Positions 1-7,459 of a stretch of DNA of 10,487 nt are shown here, piece by piece. The stretch spans positions 1-10,487 of the forward strand of contig RDOE01000103.1 in NCBI GenBank assembly GCA_011364975.1. Reading direction: 5' to 3'. The notes below the pieces were generated by a model. The model was not told the DNA's origin and searched no databases. It saw nothing but the letters and a program-made list of their open reading frames with translations. The position numbers and the translations under genes are program-made. How positions within the stretch are numbered: the stretch's first letter is position 1; each line of letters begins with the position of its first letter. The DNA comes from Promethearchaeota archaeon (GTDB lineage: Archaea > Asgardarchaeota > Lokiarchaeia > Sigyniarchaeales > SOKP01).

Positions 1-336
1 ACTTATAATTAAACCTCTCAATGAATTTAATATTTTATTAATCCTAAATAATTATTAAAATTTTAAATTTTTAAATATAATTCAAAAAATAATGTGTAAT
101 AATCTTCCTTCATAAAAAGGTTTAACTTCCAATACCGATAGGCGGAATTTTTAAGATCTAATTCAAAATTGAAAATATTTATTCATCTAATTTATTCGTT
201 TTTTGAGAAAAAGGAAAATTAAAGTTTATAAAAAATCATTGAATAAATTTAACATATCTTTAATGATATTTATTATCTTAATCAAGAATTAATTATCTAA
301 AAAGTAGAATCAACTAGCTATTTCAACTGATTTATC

Positions 337-813
337 ATGAATAGAATTAAAATAGAAATGGCCACTCCGGATCACATTGATGATTTAAGAGAATTAACCC
401 GTAAGTTAGTAGAGGGATTAGGCCAGCAATTTGACCCAAAACGATTTGATTGGGGGATCTCAAGACGAATCTATGATGAATTACAGCGTCATGGTATATT
501 AATTGCAATTGATGAAGAAAAGGATGATGAAGTTGTTGGGATGATTATCGCAGAGCTGAGAATTGATCCTTTTGGAGCATCAGAGGGTTATATCAAACAA
601 GTATTTCTTAAAGAATTATATCGGGGTAAAGGAATAGGAGAACTATTAATTAAGAAAGCACTCGAGCATCTACAAAAAATAAAAGTAGATAAAATAAAGG
701 TAAATATTAAAGAAAAAGCTAAGGAAGCCGCAAACCTCTATTCCAAAATGCATTTTAAGAGAGTATATGAAGTTTTGGAGTTAGATTTATCAAAAGAAAC
801 TTTTGATGATTAA
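337..813 (+). CDS. GNAT-family N-acetyltransferase (158 aa)
   Basis: ATG 337, TAA 811-813. Acetyl-CoA-binding motif A 'YIKQVFLKELYRGKGIGELLI' (RxxGxG at 622-639), motif B-like 'AANLYSKMHFK', and a typical single-domain GNAT size. Confidence 0.9.
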   Translation: MNRIKIEMATPDHIDDLRELTRKLVEGLGQQFDPKRFDWGISRRIYDELQRHGILIAIDEEKDDEVVGMIIAELRIDPFGASEGYIKQVFLKELYRGKGIGELLIKKALEHLQKIKVDKIKVNIKEKAKEAANLYSKMHFKRVYEVLELDLSKETFDD

Positions 814-1822
814 ATTAATAAACATTGTGAATGGAAATATTGTATTGATTGACTTAGAAACTCCTTGGGTTGAAAAGTATAGGCCTCAGAATTTTAGCGA
901 CATTGTAAGCCAAAGTATTGCTATTGAAAATATTAAGGATTTCATCACTAGTAATAATATGCCTCATATGATATTTACGGGTCCTGCAGGAACTGGAAAA
1001 ACGAGTACAGCATTGATAATTGCAAAGGAAGCAATTAAAAGTGAAAATTATTATATTAATGTCTTAGAATTAAATGCGTCAGACACCGTTCGTATGGAAT
1101 ACGTAAGAACAGTAATTAAGGATTTTGTAAATCAAAACGTAATGGTAGGTAGTAATACAGTAAAATTCATATTGTTAGATGAAGCAGATAATATCCCTAA
1201 TCAAGTACAGCAAGCATTAAGAAGAATTATAGAAAAATCGTCCAATGATGTTAAGTTCATATTATTGTGCAATTATATTAATAAAATCATCGATCCAATT
1301 ATCTCAAGATGTGCTGTTTTTAGGTTTGTGAAATTATCTAAGGAGAAGATTATAGAGAGGTTAAAGTTGATAATTAAGAAAGAAGGTATCAAGATTTCAC
1401 CTAAAAAAGCTAGTGAATTCTATGAAACATTATTCTTTATTTCTGAAGGAGATTTAAGAAAAGCGATTAACACATTACAAATGGCAGTAGCGTTAGAATT
1501 GATCGATAATTTAGATTTAGCAGAAATCTTAAAAATCTCGGGTTTTCTTGATAATAATACTTTTAATAAGTTAATACTCACAATAAAAGAGCATAATCTA
1601 AATCATGCTAAGGATTTAATAGAATCGATTGAAAATTTAGATAGTAGAAATCTGATTCGTCAAATTATTAATGAATTGCCATCCTTAAATATAAATCCTA
1701 GTGCCTACGCTAATTTAATCTCATTTATAGGAGAAATTGATTATAGAATTAGTCAAGGTTCTGATGAACAGATTCAAATCACTGCATTAATCGCAAAATT
1801 GATTCGTTATAGTGAAGGTTAA
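806..1822 (+). CDS. rfcS: Replication factor C small subunit (canonical, catalytically intact AAA+ clamp-loader subunit); start uncertain (ATG 806, GTG 827 or TTG 845)
   Basis: All RFC boxes present: PWVEKYRP, Walker A GPAGTGKT (980-1003), LELNASD, Walker B ILLDEAD (DEAD 1178-1189), QQALRR, sensor-1 LLCNY, SRC arginine finger (1304-1312), sensor-2 GDLRKAIN, and a C-terminal collar 'EIDYRISQGSDEQIQI'. Confidence 0.95.
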   Translation: MIKLINIVNGNIVLIDLETPWVEKYRPQNFSDIVSQSIAIENIKDFITSNNMPHMIFTGPAGTGKTSTALIIAKEAIKSENYYINVLELNASDTVRMEYVRTVIKDFVNQNVMVGSNTVKFILLDEADNIPNQVQQALRRIIEKSSNDVKFILLCNYINKIIDPIISRCAVFRFVKLSKEKIIERLKLIIKKEGIKISPKKASEFYETLFFISEGDLRKAINTLQMAVALELIDNLDLAEILKISGFLDNNTFNKLILTIKEHNLNHAKDLIESIENLDSRNLIRQIINELPSLNINPSAYANLISFIGEIDYRISQGSDEQIQITALIAKLIRYSEG

Positions 1823-1849
1823 AAAAAATTCAATAAATAGGACATTATT

Positions 1850-2893
1850 TTGACTGAAATACCAATTTGGCGTATTAAATATTTACCAAAGGATTTGAAT
1901 GAAGTATGTGGTAGAGATGAGATTAAACGACGTTTAAAGCAATTAGTTGAAGAGAAAAATTTTCCTCATCTCTTATTTGTTGGACCTGAGGGAATTGGAA
2001 AAACCACAATAGCAAGACTCTTTGCCAAAGAATTTTTAGGAAGTTTTTATACTGCTAACTCTAAAGTAGTATATGCTAATGTTCCTCTAACGAGTGAGGA
2101 GATGAAGTTAGCGAGTTCTGAAGCCTATGTTTCAACATCCAAAGTTGGGAGTTTAGCGGGTAAAAAAATTACAACTCCAGCGTTTATTGCAGTAAAAATA
2201 AAACCTTTTGTACAACTAAAAGTATTAGGCGATGCTCCATTTAAGATTTTAATTGTAAAGCATTTTGATTCTCTTGAAAATAACCAACAAGCATTTAGAA
2301 GGTTGATGGAAATCTATGGTAGGAATTGTAGAATGATCTTGATTACGACTAAGATTTCAAAAATAATTGATCCAATTATAAGTAGATGTCAAATCTTTTT
2401 ATTGTACCCTACTGAGATTGAAGCATTTAAGGAACTCATACTAGAAATTTGTAAAAATGAAGGTTTAAAGATCAAGGATAACATACTTGAAACATTATAT
2501 AAGGTAACCGAAGGAGTAATATCTCATGCAATAGATCTATTACAATTAGTATCTATTAGTGGTAATATTATAACTTTAGATAATTTATATGAGAGATTAA
2601 TCAGTTCTCAAAAAGAGTTATTAAGAAGTCTATTATTAATCTGCTTTAAAGGTGATTTCATCAAAGCACGAGAATTATCACGTAATATTCAATCTAAATA
2701 CAAATATAACGCTCAAGAACTTTTTAATCTATTATTAATTGAATTAAAAAAATTTCCTTTAAGTAAATATGCTAAAATAAAATTGATGAATTTAATAGCT
2801 GATGCTGATTTTAGGGCTACTGATGGATTAGATACTGATATTCAAATATCCAATTTATTAGCTAAAATTTGTCATTTATCAGAAGCCTTATAG
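1850..2893 (+). CDS. Replication factor C small subunit 2 (divergent paralogue, probably ATPase-deficient)
   Basis: TTG start after an AGGA SD-like element. Degenerate box II WRIKYLP, Walker A GPEGIGKT (1982-2005), QQAFRRLME, KIIDPIISRC (SRC 2381-2389) and collar 'ADADFRATDGLDTDIQI'. Walker B reads KHFD (2258-2269) instead of DEAD. Confidence 0.9.
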   Translation: MTEIPIWRIKYLPKDLNEVCGRDEIKRRLKQLVEEKNFPHLLFVGPEGIGKTTIARLFAKEFLGSFYTANSKVVYANVPLTSEEMKLASSEAYVSTSKVGSLAGKKITTPAFIAVKIKPFVQLKVLGDAPFKILIVKHFDSLENNQQAFRRLMEIYGRNCRMILITTKISKIIDPIISRCQIFLLYPTEIEAFKELILEICKNEGLKIKDNILETLYKVTEGVISHAIDLLQLVSISGNIITLDNLYERLISSQKELLRSLLLICFKGDFIKARELSRNIQSKYKYNAQELFNLLLIELKKFPLSKYAKIKLMNLIADADFRATDGLDTDIQISNLLAKICHLSEAL

Positions 2894-2897
2894 GTGA
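2892..2897 (+). promoter_or_regulatory. Shine-Dalgarno site AGGTGA for the RFC large subunit, overlapping the stop codon of the upstream gene
   Basis: The TAG stop (2891-2893) forms part of AGGTGA, 7 nt before ATG 2905. GGTGA is the typical archaeal SD core. Confidence 0.65.
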
Positions 2898-2904
2898 CTA
2901 TATT

Positions 2905-4263
2905 ATGAAAAAAGAAAAGTTTGAAATGCCATGGGTAGAAAAATATAGACCACGTTCAATTAACGATATGGCGTTACCAACTGCTAAAGTAAGTGGCAAT
3001 AAAGTTAATCTAGCTGAGGACTTGAAGCATTTTGTTATAAACTTTTTTGAGGAGATGGAGAACATCAATGAGCAAAATAAGAAGATAAAATTATATAATC
3101 GTTCCCATGAAGAAAAGGACCAAAAGGAGGCGTTAAAAATGCCCCCAGAAAAATCAGCAATACTTTTAGAAGGGCCACCAGGAATAGGAAAGACTACAAT
3201 CGTTTATGCGTTAGCAAATGATTTGAATATGGAAGTGATAGAAACAAATGCCTCAGATACTAGAACAAGAAATACAATTGAAGCAAAATTAAAAGAAACT
3301 GTTAAATCTAGAGGCATAATGGATTTTATTACTGAAATTAAAAGAAAATTAATACTAATTGATGAAATTGATGGAATTTATGGGGTCACTGACAGAGGGG
3401 CTGTTCCTACCGTCATTGAATTAATTGAAAATACACAATTTCCAATATTTTTATGTTCTAATGAATATAAGCAAAACTTACAGCCATTATATAATAAAAT
3501 TAAGCGATATGAAATCAATCCACTCTCCAAAAATGAAACTCTAAAAACAATAAAAAAGATTTTAAGCAAGGAAAAAATAACGGGATTAGCCGAAGATGAT
3601 TTAAATCTAATAGTGGATAAAAATAGTGGTGATTTAAGAGGTATTATTAATGATCTTCAAGGAATTAGCCAAGGAAACTTAGATGAAAATAATAAAGAGT
3701 TAATAATGAGATTATATAGAGATAGTACAGAAGAAATTTTTTCTTTAATCAGAGACCTGTTTCAAAAACCTCAATCTTTAAGAGATGCTCGTAATCTAAC
3801 TGATAAATCCGATGTTGATTATAATTTTCTATATAAATGGGTTCATGAAAATCTCCCAACATTCATTAAATTAAATGTAGAATTAGAATATGCATATGAA
3901 AATCTATCTTTAGCAGATGAAATATTTGGTAGAATTCGAAGAAATCAATATTGGTCCTTATTACCTTATTTTTATGATTTGTTCACAGGAGGCGTAGTTT
4001 TATCGAGGAAAGGGCGCTCCCCTAAAGAAGGTTTTCGTAGAATAGCGTTTCCTCGGTATAGTTCAACTAGTTTTTTCTCCCTTTCTTCAAGTGAAAGTGA
4101 TCTAATTGAAAAAATACAAGAGAAATATAGTATTTCAGAGTATGAAATTGTTCAAGATTTACTTCCCTTTCTAAAAATTTATTGTGAAACTTCAAGGAAA
4201 GCACTGAAAGAAGTAAGTGAGTGGCTTGAATTGGACACAAAGGAAAAAAAATTGTTAAAATAA
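2905..4263 (+). CDS. rfcL: Replication factor C large subunit (452 aa from ATG 2905; the ORF-track start at TTG 2869 is probably too early)
   Basis: PWVEKYRP, Walker A GPPGIGKT (3172-3195), IETNASDTR, Walker B LILIDEIDG (DEID 3361-3372), GDLRGIIN, no SRC motif, and RfcL-type C-terminal motifs 'WVHENLP', 'AYENLSLADEIFGRIRRNQYWSLLPY' and 'LLPFL'. Confidence 0.93.
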   Translation: MKKEKFEMPWVEKYRPRSINDMALPTAKVSGNKVNLAEDLKHFVINFFEEMENINEQNKKIKLYNRSHEEKDQKEALKMPPEKSAILLEGPPGIGKTTIVYALANDLNMEVIETNASDTRTRNTIEAKLKETVKSRGIMDFITEIKRKLILIDEIDGIYGVTDRGAVPTVIELIENTQFPIFLCSNEYKQNLQPLYNKIKRYEINPLSKNETLKTIKKILSKEKITGLAEDDLNLIVDKNSGDLRGIINDLQGISQGNLDENNKELIMRLYRDSTEEIFSLIRDLFQKPQSLRDARNLTDKSDVDYNFLYKWVHENLPTFIKLNVELEYAYENLSLADEIFGRIRRNQYWSLLPYFYDLFTGGVVLSRKGRSPKEGFRRIAFPRYSSTSFFSLSSSESDLIEKIQEKYSISEYEIVQDLLPFLKIYCETSRKALKEVSEWLELDTKEKKLLK

Positions 4264-4557
4264 TAATTTTTCTTATTTGGAAAAAATAAACTAATAATCT
4301 TGAATATTATTAGGCCTACTCACTTTATGAGTAGATCAAAAATTAAAGATCTGATTATATTTATATTTATTTGATTAAAATTTTGACAAGTATTCAAAAT
4401 CTAAACATTAACTATAATTTCATAATTAATAGCATCTGTAATGTTTAATTTTTCTTTTGTTTAACGAGTTTTCCTTTAAGTAAAATTTAATTCTTAATAC
4501 TTTTAAATACAAGTAAATTTCTCTAAATTAAAGATTAATATGTGAAGTTCGAATAAT

Positions 4558-5175
4558 ATGGAAAAACTAGAAGAAAAAATTGAAAATGAAGTAGAGGTTT
4601 CAAAAAACTCCCGTATTACCCTTCAAATAGCGGGAGCGTCATTATTTGGGGCATTATCGATTGTACTTTCACTTTTGTCTCCAATATTGCCTCGAATACC
4701 TCAAGGAATTGCTTTCTTTGATCCCGTTTCAATTGCATGGGTATTATGTTTTTTGATTTTTGGACCAGCTGCAGGAGTATTATGTTCAGTAATTGGATTT
4801 CTGGGATTAATTCCGTTTGACACTTCAATTCCAGTTATCGGACCTTTAATGAAACTTTCTGCTACATTACCATTAATTATCATGCCTATTTTAATTCTAA
4901 AATTATATAAACGTGAAGAAGGCATATTAAAACAGAGTAAGTTAAAGAAGCCGATAAATTATATTGTTACCGGATTAGTTGGAATAGCTGTTAGAGAAAT
5001 AGTAATGATTCTATTGAATGTTGCTGTTTATCTCACCTTCTTTGGATCTATCGGTTTAGATGTTTGGTTGATTGTTATTGCAATTATCAATCCAATTCAA
5101 AGTATCTGGGATTTACTTATTCCTTACATTGTAGTTTTTGGGACAAAATTAGATAAGAAATTTGATATATGGTAA
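4558..5175 (+). CDS. ECF transporter substrate-specific S component (RibU/PanT-like vitamin-binding membrane protein)
   Basis: 205 aa with about 5-6 hydrophobic helices. The N-terminal 'GASLFGALSIVL' helix followed by 'FFDPVSIAWVLCFLIFGPAAG' matches the S-component pattern. Substrate cannot be determined from sequence. Confidence 0.7.
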   Translation: MEKLEEKIENEVEVSKNSRITLQIAGASLFGALSIVLSLLSPILPRIPQGIAFFDPVSIAWVLCFLIFGPAAGVLCSVIGFLGLIPFDTSIPVIGPLMKLSATLPLIIMPILILKLYKREEGILKQSKLKKPINYIVTGLVGIAVREIVMILLNVAVYLTFFGSIGLDVWLIVIAIINPIQSIWDLLIPYIVVFGTKLDKKFDIW

Positions 5176-5192
5176 AATAACCTTATTAAACC

Positions 5193-5210
5193 TCTTTTTT
5201 TTCTCTCTTT
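5193..5210 (+). terminator. Putative archaeal oligo-T terminator
   Basis: T8 run (5195-5202) within a pyrimidine tract about 20 nt after the S-component stop codon. Confidence 0.4.
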
Positions 5211-5312
5211 AAAAGTTATTTGGTTAGTTATAATTTAAATGAGTTTCAGATTTAATTAACGTAACATATAAGAATAAATGTGATTAGAAATTAGAAAACA
5301 CTTCTAAACAAG

Positions 5313-6119
5313 GTGCTGACAATTAATTCCTCAAATAATAACTATATAGAATACAATATTAACGAAAATATTGCTCAAATTAATTTAAATAGACCAGAGA
5401 AGCTTAATGCTCTTAACTATCCCCTTCTTTTGGAAATTGTGGCAATTCTAGAAAAATTACATAAAAATAAAGACGTTCGAGTACTAATTATTCAAGGAAA
5501 GAATGGTAATTTTAGTTCTGGTGATGATCTAATTAATTTGGGTCCAGATGGAGTTAGATTTAAACCATTGGCAGATGGTTCAAAATTACCACACCACAAA
5601 GTTATGAGATTAATACGAGAATTACCAAAACCAGTGATTGCTAAGATAGAGGGATATTGTTTAGGGGCAGGATTTGAGTTAGCTCTTGCCTGTGATTTTC
5701 GTTTAGCGGCAGATAATATAAGGATTGGAGATCATAGAGTTAAACGTGCTCAATGTGTAATGAGTGGAGCAAGTTGGTTTCTTCCTAGATTAATAGGATT
5801 TGCTCGCGCAACAGAGATCATTTTAACAGGAAAACAACTAGGTGCAAAAGAAGCACTTGAAATAGGTTTAGTAAATAAAGTTTATCCAGTCGCAGAATTT
5901 GAGGAAAGATCAAAAGAATTTGCTCTTGAACTATCAAAATTACCCACTAAATGTTTAGGTTACAATAAATCTATGTTAAATTATTCTCAATATAATGAGT
6001 TATTCCCCTCGTTAATTAATGAATTTAAGCTTTATTGTAAAAATATAGCCACATTTGATTTTGGAGAAGGAATGAAATCTTTTCAAGAGAAGCGCCAACC
6101 ATTATTTAAAGGAAAATAA
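5313..6119 (+). CDS. Enoyl-CoA hydratase/isomerase (crotonase) superfamily protein
   Basis: GTG start; LNRPEKLNAL, FSSGDDL (oxyanion hole), 'PKPVIAKIEGYCLGAGFELALACDFRLA', 'LPRLIGFARATEIILTG..LGAKEALEIGLVNKV', and C-terminal 'DFGEGMKSFQEKRQPLFKGK'. Confidence 0.93.
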   Translation: MLTINSSNNNYIEYNINENIAQINLNRPEKLNALNYPLLLEIVAILEKLHKNKDVRVLIIQGKNGNFSSGDDLINLGPDGVRFKPLADGSKLPHHKVMRLIRELPKPVIAKIEGYCLGAGFELALACDFRLAADNIRIGDHRVKRAQCVMSGASWFLPRLIGFARATEIILTGKQLGAKEALEIGLVNKVYPVAEFEERSKEFALELSKLPTKCLGYNKSMLNYSQYNELFPSLINEFKLYCKNIATFDFGEGMKSFQEKRQPLFKGK

Positions 6120-6182
6120 TTATTAGGAGTTCATTCTTTATATTAGTATTTTTGATCTTAATATTTAAAAAAAAGGATATTT

Positions 6183-7436
6183 ATGATCTCAAAAGAAGTA
6201 CAAAGTTTCCTATTAAAGGAAGCACTTGCCAATTTTATGAGGTATGTAAAAGTATGGACTACTTCAGATGATAATTCAACAACATCTCCATCAACCCAGA
6301 ACCAATTGGATTTAGCTAAACTTATAGCAGAAGAATCGAAACAGTTAGGGTTGGAAAATATAATTCAAGATGAATATGGCTATGTGTATGCATTTTTATC
6401 TGCTAGCAAAGGGTTAGAACATATACCAACTATAGGTTTTATTGCCCATATTGATACTGCTCCATCAGTTAAAGGAAAAGATGTAATGCCGATAATCCAT
6501 AGAAATTATGATGGAACTGTGATAAAATTTCCTAAAAATGAAGAGATAATTCTCTCTATCGAGGATTCCCCTCAATTAGAAAATTATATTGGAATGGATA
6601 TTATAACCTCAGAGGGTATGACTCTATTAGGTGCTGATGATAAAGCAGGAATAGCAGAAATTATGGCTGGTTGTGCGGCATGGAAAAAATTTCCGGATTT
6701 AAAACATGGACCTATTGTCATTTGTTTTACACCTGATGAAGAAATTGGTAAAGGAACTGCTAATATTGATAAGGAAAAATTACCCCGAGTTTGTTATACG
6801 TTAGACGGTTCTGAAATGGGAGAATTAGAATTTGAATGTTTTGATGCATGGAAAGCAAAAATTACATTTAAGGGTATTAATATTCATCCAGGAGATGCAA
6901 AGAACTTAATGGTTAATGCAATTCATATTGCTAGCAGATTTTTAGCTGATATACCTGAATCAGAATCACCGGAACACACAGAGAATAGAGAAGGATTTTT
7001 CCATTTGGGAAGTCTAGAAGGGACTGTAGAACAAGCAGAAGCTAATATGATTATAAGAGATTTTGATTTGAAAAATAATGAGCGAAGAATGAATTATCTT
7101 AAGATTCTAAAAGATGCTTACGAATTAAGATACCCAAAGTTAGAAATTAAATTAAATTTTGAACATCAATATCAAAATATGTATCAATATATCAAAAAGG
7201 AAGAAAAAGTAATAGATCTAGCGAAAAAAGCAATAGAGATGGCGAATTTAGACCTCATTATTCATCCAATCAGAGGAGGAACCGATGGATCTAAATTAAG
7301 TGAAATGGGAATACCAACTCCAAACATTTTTACAGGGGGCCAGATGTTCCATTCCAAAAAGGAATATATCCCGATAATAGCTTTACAAAAAGCTGCAGAA
7401 GTGATTATTAATTTAGCATATCTATGGACAAATTAA
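6183..7436 (+). CDS. pepT: Peptidase T (tripeptide aminopeptidase, M20B metallopeptidase)
   Basis: 417 aa with PepT signatures: SPSTQNQ, GFIAHIDT, NYDG, TLLGADDKAG, FTPDEEIG, YTLDG, HPGDAK, SPEHTE, IRGGTDG and FHSKKE (all Zn ligands present). Confidence 0.95.
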   Translation: MISKEVQSFLLKEALANFMRYVKVWTTSDDNSTTSPSTQNQLDLAKLIAEESKQLGLENIIQDEYGYVYAFLSASKGLEHIPTIGFIAHIDTAPSVKGKDVMPIIHRNYDGTVIKFPKNEEIILSIEDSPQLENYIGMDIITSEGMTLLGADDKAGIAEIMAGCAAWKKFPDLKHGPIVICFTPDEEIGKGTANIDKEKLPRVCYTLDGSEMGELEFECFDAWKAKITFKGINIHPGDAKNLMVNAIHIASRFLADIPESESPEHTENREGFFHLGSLEGTVEQAEANMIIRDFDLKNNERRMNYLKILKDAYELRYPKLEIKLNFEHQYQNMYQYIKKEEKVIDLAKKAIEMANLDLIIHPIRGGTDGSKLSEMGIPTPNIFTGGQMFHSKKEYIPIIALQKAAEVIINLAYLWTN

Positions 7437-7459
7437 GAAAAAAATAAGTTAAATTTCTT

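Noticed and set aside
1-336. AT-rich region as a replication origin or ncRNA; TATA-like TTTATAAA at 225-232; minus-strand SD-like GAGAGGT at 13-19
   Set aside because: No repeated ORB-like motifs or cdc6/orc1 gene seen. TATA-like words are expected by chance at this AT content, and any divergent gene would lie outside the window.
421-453. PIP-box-like 'QQFDPKRFDW' in the GNAT
   Set aside because: Spacing does not fit Qxx[LIM]xx[FY][FY], and the segment probably lies in the folded GNAT helical region.
1850-2893. S2 as a pseudogene
   Set aside because: Full-length uninterrupted ORF with retained Walker A, SRC and collar motifs; the losses are confined to cis-hydrolysis residues.
2869-2904. 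N-terminal extension of RfcL overlapping S2
   Set aside because: The TTG start lacks an SD, whereas ATG 2905 has AGGTGA at a typical spacing and gives a normal N-terminus before PWVEKYRP.
2072-3171. Inteins as an explanation for the RFC insertions
   Set aside because: Archaeal RFC genes often host inteins, but these inserts are only about 28-40 aa and lack the N-terminal Cys/Ser block and C-terminal His-Asn.
3378-3569. 63-aa minus-strand ORF
   Set aside because: Antisense shadow inside the well-supported rfcL; no recognisable motifs.
4264-4557. Riboswitch upstream of the ECF S-component
   Set aside because: No FMN, TPP or cobalamin consensus elements recognised, and the region is too AT-rich for a stable aptamer; an Rfam/Infernal scan would be decisive.
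4616-4925. Two short minus-strand ORFs (70 and 74 aa)
   Set aside because: Antisense to the ECF S-component gene; no motifs.
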